Positions 43,399-53,691 of a stretch of DNA of 64,000 nucleotides are shown here, piece by piece (positions within the stretch are counted from its first letter, which is position 1; every line of letters starts with the position of its first letter). Below the pieces are notes generated by a model. It was given only the letters and a program-made list of their open reading frames with translations. It searched no databases and was not told the DNA's origin. The stretch lies in NCBI GenBank assembly GCA_963704775.1, contig CAVPHR010000006.1, positions 133,391-197,390 on the forward strand, written 5' to 3'. The translations under genes and the position numbers were made by a program. This stretch comes from an uncultured Chloroflexia bacterium. Lineage in GTDB: Bacteria; Chloroflexota; Limnocylindria; Limnocylindrales; CSP1-4.

Positions 43399-44558
43399 TG
43401 ATCGTCCCACCGCCGCCGCGCGCGAGCGCGATCGTCGACCCGCGGATCGGGGACCTCGGGCCTGCCCTGCTGGCCCTCGAGGACGGCACCGTGTTCCCGG
43501 GCGTGGCCTTCGGCGCCCCGGTCGCGTCCGGCGGCGACCTCGTCGTGAACACGAGCCAGACCGGCTACCAGGAGGTCTGCACGGACCCGTCGTACGCGGG
43601 CCAGATCGTGGTCATGACGTATCCGCTCATCGGCAACTACGGCCGCCTCGCCGATGACGACCAGTCGATCCGGCCGTGGCTGCGGGCACTCGTCGTGGCC
43701 AATGCCACGGCGGCCGTGCTCGACGGGGCGCGCCAGCTCGCGGCGCTCCTGCGCGATGCGGGGATCCCGGCCATCGCGGGCGTCGACACGCGAGCCCTCG
43801 CGCGACACCTGCGCGCGAACGGGTGCCTGCGCGGGATCGTGACCGCGCCGGGTGACGTCGATGTCGACGCGGCCCGGGCGGCGGCCATGGCCGTCGCGCG
43901 CTGGGAGGACCAGGATTTCGTCGGACAGGTGTCGCCGCCGGACGTGACCGAGTTCGAGTCGCCCGGCGACAGCGGGCCGCGGATCGGGATCGTCGACCTC
44001 GGTCTCAAGAACAACATCGTCCGGGCGATGCGGTTCCGCGGTGCGCGGGTGCGCGTCTTCCCGCACACGGCCGATCCGTCGGACGTGCTGTCGTCGGACA
44101 TCGACGGCGTCATCCTCTCGCCCGGTCCGGGCGACCCGGCACGGCTGGAGGCCCAGGTCGCGCTCGCGCGCGCGGTCATCGACGACGGCCGGCCTCTGCT
44201 CGGCATCTGCCTCGGTCACCAGATCGTCGGCCGGGCCGCGGGCGCCGACACGCGCCGTCTGCGGTTCGGCCACCACGGTGCGAACCACCCGGTCCGCGAC
44301 GTCGAGCTGGGCCTCGTCCAGGTCACCGCCCAGAACCACGAGGTCCAGGTGGTGGGGGAGTCCCTGCCGGCTGCCTCTGGCTTCCGGGTCAGCCAGGTGA
44401 ACCTGAACGACCAGTCCGTCGAGGGGCTCCGCCACCGGGACCTGCCGATCGAGACCGTCCAGTACCACCCCGAGGGCGCACCCGGCCCCCTTGACGCGCT
44501 CGCGGTCTTCGACCGGTTCTTCACGGCCGCGACGACCGGCACGATCGGGTCGCCGTGA
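43399..44558 (+). CDS. carA: carbamoyl-phosphate synthase small (glutaminase) subunit; start codon uncertain (GTG 43399 chosen)
   Basis: LALEDGTVFPGVAFGA..., class I glutamine amidotransferase GICLGHQ catalytic Cys, and the H/E pair. TGA overlaps the carB ATG. Confidence 0.85.
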
Positions 44559-47500
44559 CCGACGCCCGCAAGCCTGCCTCGGTCCTGATCCTGGGCTCCG
44601 GACCGGTGGTCATCGGCCAGGCCGCCGAGTTCGACTACGCCGGGACTCAGGCCTGCCGCGCGCTTCGCGCCGAGGGCGTGCGCACGATCCTCGTGAACTC
44701 GAACCCGGCCACGATCATGACCGACCCGCAGGTGGCCGACGCGATCTACCTCGAGCCACTCACTGTCGAGGCCGTCGAGGCCGTGATCGCGAAGGAGCGG
44801 CCGGAGGGCATCCTCGCCGGGCTCGGCGGCCAGACCGCCCTCAACCTCGCAACGGCTCTCGCCGAGGCCGGCGTCTTCGAGCGCCACGACGTCCGCCTGC
44901 TCGGCACACCGCTCGAGGCGATCCGGATGGCCGAGGACCGCGAGGCGTTCCGGGACCTCCTGGACCGGCTCGACCAGCCGTACGCGCCCTCGTTCATCGT
45001 CGAGGGGGTGACGCCGGAGGCCCGCGCGGCCTCTTCGCTCGAGGCCCTCGAGACCATAGGGCTGCCGGCCATCGTCCGACCGGCCTTCACGCTCGGCGGG
45101 ACCGGCGGCGGCATCGTCGAGACCGAGGATGCGTACCGCGAACGGATCCGGGCTGGGCTGCGTGCGAGCCCCATCGGTCAGGTCATGGTCGAGAAGTGCC
45201 TCGTCGGCTGGCAGGAGATCGAGTACGAGGTCATGCGCGACGCGGACGACACCTGCATCGCGGTCTGCTCGATGGAGAACGTGGACCCGCTCGGTGTGCA
45301 CACCGGCGATTCGATCGTCGTGGCGCCGGTCCAGACGCTGACCGACGCTGTCCATCAGCGGTTGCGAAGCGCGGCCCTCGCCATCATCCGCGGCCTCGGC
45401 GTGGAGGGCGGCTGCAACGTCCAGTTCGCGCTCTCGCCCGACTCGACCGAGTATGCGGTCATCGAGGTGAACCCGCGCGTCAGCCGGAGCTCCGCCCTGG
45501 CCTCGAAGGCCACCGGCTATCCGATCGCCCGGGTCGCCGCCCAGATCGCCGTCGGTCGAAAGCTCGCCGAGATCCCCAACGTCGTGACCGGCACGACCGT
45601 CGCCGCATTCGAGCCGGCGCTCGACTACGTGGTCGTCAAGCTGCCGCGCTTCCCGTTCGACAAGTTCCCGGGCGCCGACCGAACCCTCGGCAGCCAGATG
45701 AAGGCGACCGGCGAGGTGATGGCCATCGACCGGACCTTCGGGTCCGCGCTGAACAAGGCGCTCCGCGGTCTCGAGCAGGCGGGCGTCGGGCCGCTGGCCG
45801 AGGACGCGAGCTGGACGCCGACGTTCGACTACCTCGCCGGCGTCTACGCGGGGGACCCCGACGCCGACGAGCCCATCCGCTGGATCGACGAGGCAGGGCA
45901 GGCCTGCGAGTCGACCCGCCATGCCCAGCGCACGGCTGCGCCGATCGTCCTCCGCCGGTTCATCGGGCCGTCCGACAGCCGGCTCTGGCGGCTGCTCGGC
46001 CTGCTCCGCCGGGGCGTGCCCGAGGCGGTGATCGGAGAGGCAACGGGCATCTCGCCGTGGTTCCTCGCCGAGATGGGTCGCAACGTCGCGCTGGAGGCCG
46101 AAGTCCAGAAGACGGGGACCAGGCTGGCCGACCCCGCGGACGCCGACGCAGCGACGCTCCTCGCGACGGTCAAGCGCGCGGGCTTCGGGGATCGCGAGCT
46201 GGCCGGCCTGGCCGGCACGACCGCGGCGGAGCTTCGGACGGCCCGGCTCGCGCTCGGCCTGCGGCCGGGGTACGCGATGGTCGACACGTGCGCCGCCGAG
46301 TTCGCGGCGGAGACGCCGTACTTCTATTCGACCTATGCCGCCGCTGGCTCGGCGCCCGAGGCGCCCCCGGTCGCCCGTCCGGCGGCGCTGGTCATCGGCT
46401 CGGGGCCGGTCCGGATCGGGCAGGGGATCGAGTTCGATTACTGCGCCGTCCACGCCTCGGACACGCTCCGCGAGCTCGGCTGGAGCGCGGTCATGATCAA
46501 CTCGAACCCCGAGACCGTCTCGACCGACTTCGACTCCTCGACGCGCCTCTACTTCGAGCCGCTCGACCCCGAGAGCGTGCGATCGGTCATCGATGCCGAA
46601 TCGCCCGACGGAGAGGGGCTCCTGCCGGCGGTCGTGGCGTTCGGGGGCCAGACGCCGCTCAACCTGGCGGCGCCCCTGGCCGCGGGCGGCGTGCCGCTCC
46701 TCGGCAGCGACCTCGAGGCCATCGACCAGGCCGAGGAGCGGACCAGGTTCTCGGCACTGCTCGACCGACTCGGCATCCCGCAGCCCGAGGGTGGAATGGC
46801 CCACAGCGTGGACGAGGCGTTGACCCTCGCCGAGCGCATCGGCTACCCGGTCATCGTCCGGCCGAGCTTCGTCATCGGTGGCCTCGCCATCGACTTCTGC
46901 TACTCCGCCGATGACCTCGAGCGCCAGCTCGCCGCCGCGACCGTCGTCGACCCAGATCGCCCGGTTCGCATCGATCGCTACCTCGAGGGCGTCGAGGTCG
47001 ACGTCGACGCCGTCTCCGACGGCGAGCGGGTCCTCATCCCGGGCCTGCTCGAGCACATCGAGCGTGCCGGGGTCCACAGCGGGGACTCGGTCGGGGTCTT
47101 CCCGCCGCAGACGGTGAGCGAGGGCGACCAGGCGCTCATCGTCGCAACGATGGAACGGATCGTGCTCGCGCTCGGCGCGCGGGGCCTCGTCAACGCCCAG
47201 TTCATCGTCCGCGACGACGGCGTCTACCTCATCGAGGTCAATCCGCGCGCCAGCCGGACGGTGCCGTTCCTCTCGAAGGTCACGGGCGTGCCGATGGTCG
47301 AGCTCGCGGTCCGGATCGCGCTCGGCGCGACGCTCCCGGAGACCGGCTGGGACGGCGGTCTCCTCGCCCCGCCCGACTTCGTGGCGGTCAAGGCGCCGGC
47401 CTTCTCGACCGCCAAGTTGCGCGGCGTCGACCCGTCGGTCGGGCCGGGCATGCAATCGACCGGCGAGGTCATCGGGATCCACACCGACCCGCGCGTCGCC

Positions 47501-47995
47501 CTCGCGAAGGCCCTGCTCGGGGCCGCGCTCGTGCCGCCGCGGGCCGGCGACGAGGGAGCCCTGGCGCTGCTCTCGATCGCGGACCGCGACAAGGCGACGC
47601 TCGGACGTCTCGCCGCGGCGCTGGCGGCGGCCGGCTATCGGCTGGCGGCCACGCCGGGGACGCGCGCGGCGCTTGCCGCGGCCGGCTACGAGGCGCGGCC
47701 GGTCGCCAAGCTCGGCGAGGCCAGCGACGAGACGATCGGCGAGGTCGCGATCCTCGACCTCATCGCGACCGGCGAGGTCCGGCTGGTCGTCAACACGCCG
47801 ACGCCGCGCTCGGGCGCGGTCCGCGACGCCGCCGAGATCCGGCTCGCGGCCACGAGCGAGGGGATCCTGTGCCTGACCGCGATGGAGACCGCCGTCGCGG
47901 CCGCCGAGGCGCTCGACCCGACGATCGCGGAGCGCCTCTCGGAGGTCCGCTCGCTCGGCGACTGGGTGCCGCGCGGGCTGGTCGCGGTCAGCTGA
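44555..47995 (+). CDS. carB: carbamoyl-phosphate synthase large subunit
   Basis: 1146 aa with two ATP-grasp halves, an oligomerisation domain and an MGS-like domain. Intact. Confidence 0.95.
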   Translation: MTDARKPASVLILGSGPVVIGQAAEFDYAGTQACRALRAEGVRTILVNSNPATIMTDPQVADAIYLEPLTVEAVEAVIAKERPEGILAGLGGQTALNLATALAEAGVFERHDVRLLGTPLEAIRMAEDREAFRDLLDRLDQPYAPSFIVEGVTPEARAASSLEALETIGLPAIVRPAFTLGGTGGGIVETEDAYRERIRAGLRASPIGQVMVEKCLVGWQEIEYEVMRDADDTCIAVCSMENVDPLGVHTGDSIVVAPVQTLTDAVHQRLRSAALAIIRGLGVEGGCNVQFALSPDSTEYAVIEVNPRVSRSSALASKATGYPIARVAAQIAVGRKLAEIPNVVTGTTVAAFEPALDYVVVKLPRFPFDKFPGADRTLGSQMKATGEVMAIDRTFGSALNKALRGLEQAGVGPLAEDASWTPTFDYLAGVYAGDPDADEPIRWIDEAGQACESTRHAQRTAAPIVLRRFIGPSDSRLWRLLGLLRRGVPEAVIGEATGISPWFLAEMGRNVALEAEVQKTGTRLADPADADAATLLATVKRAGFGDRELAGLAGTTAAELRTARLALGLRPGYAMVDTCAAEFAAETPYFYSTYAAAGSAPEAPPVARPAALVIGSGPVRIGQGIEFDYCAVHASDTLRELGWSAVMINSNPETVSTDFDSSTRLYFEPLDPESVRSVIDAESPDGEGLLPAVVAFGGQTPLNLAAPLAAGGVPLLGSDLEAIDQAEERTRFSALLDRLGIPQPEGGMAHSVDEALTLAERIGYPVIVRPSFVIGGLAIDFCYSADDLERQLAAATVVDPDRPVRIDRYLEGVEVDVDAVSDGERVLIPGLLEHIERAGVHSGDSVGVFPPQTVSEGDQALIVATMERIVLALGARGLVNAQFIVRDDGVYLIEVNPRASRTVPFLSKVTGVPMVELAVRIALGATLPETGWDGGLLAPPDFVAVKAPAFSTAKLRGVDPSVGPGMQSTGEVIGIHTDPRVALAKALLGAALVPPRAGDEGALALLSIADRDKATLGRLAAALAAAGYRLAATPGTRAALAAAGYEARPVAKLGEASDETIGEVAILDLIATGEVRLVVNTPTPRSGAVRDAAEIRLAATSEGILCLTAMETAVAAAEALDPTIAERLSEVRSLGDWVPRGLVAVS

Positions 47996-48734
47996 TCAGG
48001 GTCGTCTCCTCGACATTGATCATCCGCGCGTAGAGGATCTGCTCGTTGACCTCGAGGTTGTTGATCAGCGAGAGGCACAGGACGATCCCGGTCCCGACGA
48101 GTTCGTCCGCGATCTCGCCGAACTGGACCTCCAGCAGGACGTTGGCCGCGCGCTCGTCGTTCGAGACGCTGTCGGGGTCCTGCCAGGTGCCGGCCGCGGT
48201 CAACTCGGTCGAGGCGCGCATGAAGTCGAGTGCAGCCGCCTTGGCGATCGGCAGGGCCATCGTCAGAAGTTCCTGCTGGGTGCGATCGAGGTGCGTGTTC
48301 GTGGTGTCGTCGCCGAAGAGCAGTGCGAACAGGACGTCCTTCGCGCGGGTGAGCAGCGCCTCGCCGGTCTCGGTCCGGTGCCTCGCCGTGATGAGCGCGG
48401 TGCCCTTCTCCGGTGCGTCGCCGGCCAGGTGACCGCGTGCGGTGAGGTCCTCGCGGGTCGTCCCGGCCAGCTCACCGAGAAAGGCCTCGAGGGCGGGCCG
48501 GTCCAGCCCGAGCTCGCGCACCCGGACGAGCCGTTCGGCGCGTGCCCGGGCCTTCGCCTCGACCACGACGCGCCGGTCGATCTCCTCGAGGCTGTGGGCG
48601 TCGAGCGTGAGCCGGACGATCTGGTCGATGAGCCACTCCCGCTCCTGCTCGGCGAGGATCGCGCGGAGGCGTTCCTCGAACTGCGGCACGAACTCCCGGT
48701 TGATCGACCGGACGATCGTCTCGATCGTCGTCAT
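47988..48734 (-). CDS. hypothetical helical protein (248 aa), convergent with carB and overlapping it by 8 bp
   Basis: Ordinary composition, no family recognised. Last gene of the CopC/CopD-like minus-strand cluster. Confidence 0.5.
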   Translation of the reverse strand: MTTIETIVRSINREFVPQFEERLRAILAEQEREWLIDQIVRLTLDAHSLEEIDRRVVVEAKARARAERLVRVRELGLDRPALEAFLGELAGTTREDLTARGHLAGDAPEKGTALITARHRTETGEALLTRAKDVLFALLFGDDTTNTHLDRTQQELLTMALPIAKAAALDFMRASTELTAAGTWQDPDSVSNDERAANVLLEVQFGEIADELVGTGIVLCLSLINNLEVNEQILYARMINVEETTLIS

Positions 48735-48756
48735 GGCGTCGCTCCTCCCTCTCCAC

Positions 48757-50136
48757 TTATCCCGGGCTGATGACGATCGCCTGACCCAGCGACCACAGCG
48801 TGAGCGTCGTGAGCGCGACCATGACGACCGCGAGCGGGATCTCGCGCTGACGGATCGTGCTCGCCGTCGTGCCTGGCGGAGCGTTCGCGGCCGCGTTCAC
48901 ATGGCCCGCCCAGGCGCCCAGCATGTGGCCGCCGACGACGGCCGCGAGCTGCACGGTCCAGACCAGTCCCGGCGGCAGCCACGCGCCCGACGACTCGTGG
49001 AAGGCCGTGCCGAAGAGGTCCCAGCCTTGCTGGAACGGGTCGGAGATCGCGACCAGGATGTCCTGACCGCTGATGAGCAGGTACGTCAGGTAGTGGGCGA
49101 TGAGGTACCCGAGGGCGATCGGCAGGAGGCCGGCCCCGGTCGCCGCGACGCCGACGACGCGCGTCAGCACCAGGGCCGCGAGCGCGAGCAGCCCCAGCCA
49201 GCCGATCAGCAGCAGCGTCTCACCGCCGACCCCTGGCGCGCCGAACAGGTCGAACCAGACCTGCGTCTGGGAGAGGCCGTCGAACAGGATGGACCCGACG
49301 CCGAGGGCGATCAGGATCGCGTCCGACGTCACCCAGCCCGGTTCGAGCAGGCCGCTGACGAACGGACGGCGACGGACGCGGCCCGCCTCGTCGGCCAGGC
49401 CGTACGGGGCGAGGCGGCCGAGGAGCCGGAACCACACGCTGAACGTCTCCCCGTTCGCGCGCCACGTGTCGCGGCCGAACTGGGCCATCATCGCGAGGGT
49501 GAACGCCGTGTAGCCGACGAGCACGACGAACAGCGTCGAGGGTCCGCCGCCGGCGTCCACGAGCTCCAGCCAGACGAACGCGGGGAACGCGATGACCGCG
49601 GGCCACTTGCCCAGCCATGCCGGGTAGTCCGCGGGCGTCCAGGCGCGAACGTCGAGGCGTCGCAGCACCCATGCGCCGACGTCGTAGAGGCCGGAGAACG
49701 GGTCCAGGAAGTGCCATGCGGGTCCGATGGCCGCAGAGACGAGCGCGACGCCGACCCAGCCGTAGATCCACAGGAACAGCGGCGCGACCGATCCAGCGCT
49801 CGCCCCGCCGATGATCCCCTGGGCCACGATCCACGCCCAGGCGACGAGGCCCAGGACGCGCAGTCCGATGCGCAGGGCTCTCGGCGGCAGGTGGGCCGGC
49901 GCCGTCGTCGGCGGGGGAGTGGCACGGACGTCGCGGGCCAGGACGAAGAGGAACGAGAGGGCCACGGTCATCGCAGCGCCGGCCAGGTAGACCGCAAGCG
50001 GCAGGCGACTCGTGTAGGTCGGGTTCAGCGCGTGGCCGAGGACCGTCGCCGGCAGGGCCGCGGACAGGCCGAGGCCGACCCCGACGAGGGAGCCGACCCG
50101 GGCAACGGTGAGGCGCCTCGGGCGCCCGCGGGTCAT
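48757..50136 (-). CDS. CopD-like polytopic membrane protein (about 12 TM), translationally coupled to CopC
   Basis: ATGA overlap with the CopC stop. Multiple Trp/His-containing TM helices. CopC-CopD gene pairing is a well-known arrangement. Confidence 0.5.
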   Translation of the reverse strand: MTRGRPRRLTVARVGSLVGVGLGLSAALPATVLGHALNPTYTSRLPLAVYLAGAAMTVALSFLFVLARDVRATPPPTTAPAHLPPRALRIGLRVLGLVAWAWIVAQGIIGGASAGSVAPLFLWIYGWVGVALVSAAIGPAWHFLDPFSGLYDVGAWVLRRLDVRAWTPADYPAWLGKWPAVIAFPAFVWLELVDAGGGPSTLFVVLVGYTAFTLAMMAQFGRDTWRANGETFSVWFRLLGRLAPYGLADEAGRVRRRPFVSGLLEPGWVTSDAILIALGVGSILFDGLSQTQVWFDLFGAPGVGGETLLLIGWLGLLALAALVLTRVVGVAATGAGLLPIALGYLIAHYLTYLLISGQDILVAISDPFQQGWDLFGTAFHESSGAWLPPGLVWTVQLAAVVGGHMLGAWAGHVNAAANAPPGTTASTIRQREIPLAVVMVALTTLTLWSLGQAIVISPG

Positions 50137-50843
50137 GCCTCGGTCGGTGGGGTTTCGGTCGGAGGCGTGCCCGTCGGAGGCGTGCCGGTCGGTGGCGTCT
50201 CGCGACGGCTGTAGAGATAGGCGGCGGCGATCGCGACGATCACCGCGACGGCGATGATAGGCAGGAGCGCATCGCCGCCGCTGCTCGCGTCGCTGCCGTC
50301 GGTCGTCGCCGGGCTCGCGCCGGCCGTCGCACTCGCGCTCGCCGATGCCGAGGGAGAAGCGCTCGGCGACGCCGTTGCCGACGCGCTCGGCGAGGCGCTG
50401 GCGCTCGCCGTTGGCGTGGCGGTGGGCGTCGGGGTCGCGGTCGGTGCCGGTGTCGCCGCAGCCGTGACGGTGAACGACCACTCCGCCCGGTCGATGTCGC
50501 CGTCCTCGTCGGACTTCGTCGTGGACCTGACGGTGTAGGTCCCGGGCGCCAGGTCCGGCACGTCGTCGATCGACATCCGCTTGGCGTCATCCGGATCGAC
50601 GCCGCCGGTCGCGAGTTCCTTGTCGTCCGTGTCGACGAGCTTGAGCGAGCTGCCGCTCGAATCCATGGCCTCCGAGTAGGTCGCGAAGATCTCGGTCGGG
50701 CTGGCGTCGAGGGTGTCGCCGTCCTTCGGGGTGGACTCGACGAGCTCGGCGTGAGCCATGACCACCGACGGGAGCAGGAACAGGGCGACGACCACCCCAG
50801 AGAGGATCGCCCGACGGCGAGGAATGGCGAACTGCCGCATCAT
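50133..50843 (-). CDS. CopC-domain copper-binding protein with a C-terminal membrane anchor and a Pro/Thr tail
   Basis: Signal peptide, then the mature N-terminus HAELVESTPKDGDTL (CopC His1 motif), a Thr/Ala/Ser-rich linker and a TM. Confidence 0.7.
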   Translation of the reverse strand: MMRQFAIPRRRAILSGVVVALFLLPSVVMAHAELVESTPKDGDTLDASPTEIFATYSEAMDSSGSSLKLVDTDDKELATGGVDPDDAKRMSIDDVPDLAPGTYTVRSTTKSDEDGDIDRAEWSFTVTAAATPAPTATPTPTATPTASASASPSASATASPSASPSASASASATAGASPATTDGSDASSGGDALLPIIAVAVIVAIAAAYLYSRRETPPTGTPPTGTPPTETPPTEA

Positions 50844-50902
50844 GCCCGGGAGTCTACGAGGTCCGTCGGCGAGATGCCGCGACCGAGGCGATCGGAGTCA
50901 TC

Positions 50903-51307
50903 GTGCAGATCGAGTACCCGGACACGGCGGGCGGCCCGTATCGGCCGGGCGCATGCAACATCGGCCCGTACGAGATCGCCCGGCGCAGGCGCGCCGGCCT
51001 CTTCGAGCTGGGTCTGGCCGCCGTGATCGCGGTCATCCTGGTCATCGTCGACGCGCCGCCGGTCGCTCGACTCGTGGTGTTTCCGTTCCTCGCGGGCGCG
51101 ATCGTCAGCCTCGAGCAGGCGCGACGCCACTTCTGCGCCGGCTTCGGGATGGCCGGCATCCGCAACTTCGGGGCGCGCGAGGACCTCGAACACATCGATG
51201 ACGCGGCGGCGAAGGCGGCTGACCGCCGGGCCGCTCTCGTCATGTTCGGCTATTCGAGCGCGATCGCGGCGGCCATCACGGCCCTCTTCGTGGTGCTGCC
51301 GATCTAG
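50903..51307 (+). CDS. small integral membrane protein (3 TM), unknown function
   Basis: GTG start. Hydrophobic helices. No family recognised. Confidence 0.4.
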   Translation: MQIEYPDTAGGPYRPGACNIGPYEIARRRRAGLFELGLAAVIAVILVIVDAPPVARLVVFPFLAGAIVSLEQARRHFCAGFGMAGIRNFGAREDLEHIDDAAAKAADRRAALVMFGYSSAIAAAITALFVVLPI

Positions 51308-51352
51308 TCGCTCCCATGGCCAGGACGAGTCCGGCCGCCGCCTGTTCGGAGG

Positions 51353-52234
51353 TCAGGCGACGGCCGGGATGACCTCGCGGCCGAACGTCTCGAGGCGCTC
51401 GAGGACGTGCGCGTCTGGGAGGTTGACGATCACGTGCTCGATGCCCTCGTCGGCCTGGGCGCGGATGGCCGCCACAACGTCGGTCGCGCGCTGGCGCCCG
51501 GGTCGAAGGTCGGCCTCGATGAGCGATGTCTTCTCGATCGATGCGAAATCCCGGCCGACGCTGTCGCAATGCCGCCGGAGCACCTCGAGCTTGTGGGCAC
51601 TCTCGCCCGGGTCGGGGACCAAGATGTTGCAGGCGTCCGCGTAGGCCGCGACGAGCCGGAGCGTCTGCCGTTCCCCACCGCCGCCGATCATGATCGGGGG
51701 GTGCGGCCGCGTCAGCGGGGCCGGCCGGGCGATGGGCTCGGCGAGCTGGTAGTGGCGGCCCTCGATCGGCGCGGGATCGCCGGCCCACATCGCGAGTGCG
51801 ATGCGGAGCGTCTCCTCGAGCCGCTCGAATCGCTCGGCGCGTCCCGGCCACGGCAGCCCGAGGCCGCTCGCCTCGCGCTCGTACCACGCGGCGCCGATGC
51901 CCAGGTACGTCCGACCGCCCGACAGGACGTCGAGCGACGTCGCGGCCTTGACGAGCAGGCCCGGCGGCCGGGCCACGGCGTTCGCGACCATCGGCCCGAG
52001 CGCGATCCGCTCGGTCGCCTGGGCCAGGAACCCGAGCGTCGTGTACGCCTCGAGCATCGGTTCGTCCGGGCCGCCCCAGCCGGTGTCGGCCGGCAGCTGG
52101 AAGAAGTGGTCCATGACCCACAGGCTCGCGAAGCCGTTCGCCTCGGCGGCCTGGGCGATCGAGGCCAGCGTCGGCCGGATGGCCGGCGTGCCGCCCGGGA
52201 ACGAGAACGACGGGAGTTGCAGCCCGACGCGCAT
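51353..52234 (-). CDS. LLM-class F420-dependent oxidoreductase (luciferase-like monooxygenase family)
   Basis: MRVGLQLPSFSF...WVMDHF...GGGGERQ... is the typical TIGR03619/03560-type text. Confidence 0.75.
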   Translation of the reverse strand: MRVGLQLPSFSFPGGTPAIRPTLASIAQAAEANGFASLWVMDHFFQLPADTGWGGPDEPMLEAYTTLGFLAQATERIALGPMVANAVARPPGLLVKAATSLDVLSGGRTYLGIGAAWYEREASGLGLPWPGRAERFERLEETLRIALAMWAGDPAPIEGRHYQLAEPIARPAPLTRPHPPIMIGGGGERQTLRLVAAYADACNILVPDPGESAHKLEVLRRHCDSVGRDFASIEKTSLIEADLRPGRQRATDVVAAIRAQADEGIEHVIVNLPDAHVLERLETFGREVIPAVA

Positions 52235-52246
52235 CGTCGTGCCTGC

Positions 52247-52462
52247 CTACGCCGGTCGCGTCTGGGCGAGGTCGTCGGGGCACGCCACCCGACGTTCGGG
52301 CTTCGCTGCCTTCGACTGGCTGACCGCCGGTCCGGGTGGCGGGGACCCATCGGCCGCCTCGGCCTCGGCTCGTCGGACCGCACGCGCGAGGCGGATGTCG
52401 TCGGCGGTTCGTTGGAGCTCGGCCATGTGCGCATGCGCATCGCGGAACTTCATGTTGTCCAT
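52247..52462 (-). CDS. small hypothetical protein (71 aa) 12 nt upstream of the LLM oxidoreductase
   Basis: Excellent RBS AGGAGGGAGAAGACC-ATG. Helical N-terminus, Pro-rich tail with a single Cys. Confidence 0.55.
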   Translation of the reverse strand: MDNMKFRDAHAHMAELQRTADDIRLARAVRRAEAEAADGSPPPGPAVSQSKAAKPERRVACPDDLAQTRPA

Positions 52463-52540
52463 GGTCTTCTCCCTCCTGTAAGACGGATATCTAACACTCG
52501 GTCGACATCAGGTGCGGAGCGGGATCGATGGGACGCCGGG

Positions 52541-53647
52541 CTAGCCCAGCAGGAAGTGCTTGACCTCGGACGAGGCGTCGTCGAGGCGCGTCGGGCGGAG
52601 GCTGTAGTAGATGACGGAGCCGGCACCGGCGACGGTCACGAGACCGGCCGAGCGGAGGATCGCGAGGTGGTGCTTGATGGTCGGCTTGGAGAGTTCGAGC
52701 TGCTGGGCGATCTCGGTGAGGTAGAGGTCCTTGTCGCGCAGCAGCCGGAGGATGCGCAGCCGGGTCTCGTCGCCGAGGGCCCGATGCAGCCGGACCACCG
52801 CCGGCGGCGGCGCCAGCGGGTCGGACGCGTCGAGGGCCGTGTCGGCGATCGGGTAGCCGAACAGCCGCCAGTCCAGGCCGCCCAGCAGGAAGTTATAGGG
52901 CCGCGCGAAATACGACGGGGCGAGGATCAGTCGCCGCACGCCGGGCTCCGTCAGCCAGCGGATGCCGCCGGTGGTCCGTTCGACGAGCTCGACGATGTCA
53001 AGCGACGCGCGATCGGCCGCGCGGGACTCGTAGTCGTGGCGGATCATGGCACCGACCCGCGTCTCGACCGCCTGGAACGGCTTGAGCCACGCGGCAAGCA
53101 CCTGGCGCGCCGGGCCGATGACCGACGGCGGATCCGAATAGACCGCCGTGACATAGGACTTGAATGCCGGGTCGTGGTGGGTCGAGACCCGATCGGCCAT
53201 GGCTGCGATCGCCTCGGGATCGCCGTCGATCGCCCGCTCCGCGGTCTCACGCGTGTCGGCATCGCGCAGGTCGTCGCCGATGATGGTCCGCAGGACCGTG
53301 CGATCGTCCGCGGCGTCGAGCAGGCGCATGAACGAGGCGGCGTCGGTGACCTCGGGGTGATCGATGGCGAGCCCGGCCAGCACGATGCACAGTTCGTGCC
53401 CGTAGAGGTCGAGCGCCGAGCCGGCCTCCCGACGCAGGTCCGCCTTGGCCTGGGTCAGCCAGGCCCGATCCGGGGCCGGCAGGTCGTCTGTGGAGCCCGC
53501 GTCGTCCGAGAGGCTGAAGACGAAGTCGTACGCGGTCCGGACGTCCCATTCGATGGTCGGACCGCTCGAGCGGTTGAAGTGGCGGACGCGCGGGCTCGCG
53601 GAACGGTCGTCCGTCGGGGCGCGGCGGGTGGCGGGTCGGGCTGCCAT
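52541..53647 (-). CDS. ArsR-like wHTH regulator with a large (about 270 aa) N-terminal domain of unknown function (DUF5937-like architecture)
   Basis: C-terminus LHRALGDETRLRILRLLRDKDLYLTEIAQQLELSKPTIKHHLAILRSAGLV is an ArsR HTH. The N-terminal domain is unrecognised. Confidence 0.65.
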   Translation of the reverse strand: MAARPATRRAPTDDRSASPRVRHFNRSSGPTIEWDVRTAYDFVFSLSDDAGSTDDLPAPDRAWLTQAKADLRREAGSALDLYGHELCIVLAGLAIDHPEVTDAASFMRLLDAADDRTVLRTIIGDDLRDADTRETAERAIDGDPEAIAAMADRVSTHHDPAFKSYVTAVYSDPPSVIGPARQVLAAWLKPFQAVETRVGAMIRHDYESRAADRASLDIVELVERTTGGIRWLTEPGVRRLILAPSYFARPYNFLLGGLDWRLFGYPIADTALDASDPLAPPPAVVRLHRALGDETRLRILRLLRDKDLYLTEIAQQLELSKPTIKHHLAILRSAGLVTVAGAGSVIYYSLRPTRLDDASSEVKHFLLG

Positions 53648-53664
53648 CGTGGAGTGGTGGTCTC

Positions 53665-53691
53665 CTAACGCGTGTTAGATGTATGTCTAAC
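53665..53691. promoter_or_regulatory. overlapping palindromes CTAAC-gcgt-GTTAG and GTTAGA-tgtatg-TCTAAC in the divergent regulator/M16 intergenic region; putative operator
   Basis: Read directly. An additional isolated CTAAC half-site (52491-52495) lies upstream of the small-protein/LLM genes. Confidence 0.45.

Noticed and set aside
44216-47482. 1088-aa minus-strand ORF
   Set aside because: Antisense to carB, which is unambiguous.
48442-53668. ORFs 48442..50214(+) and 51407..53668(+)
   Set aside because: Antisense to the CopD-like, CopC, LLM and ArsR-like genes. Low-complexity Arg/Asp/Glu strings.
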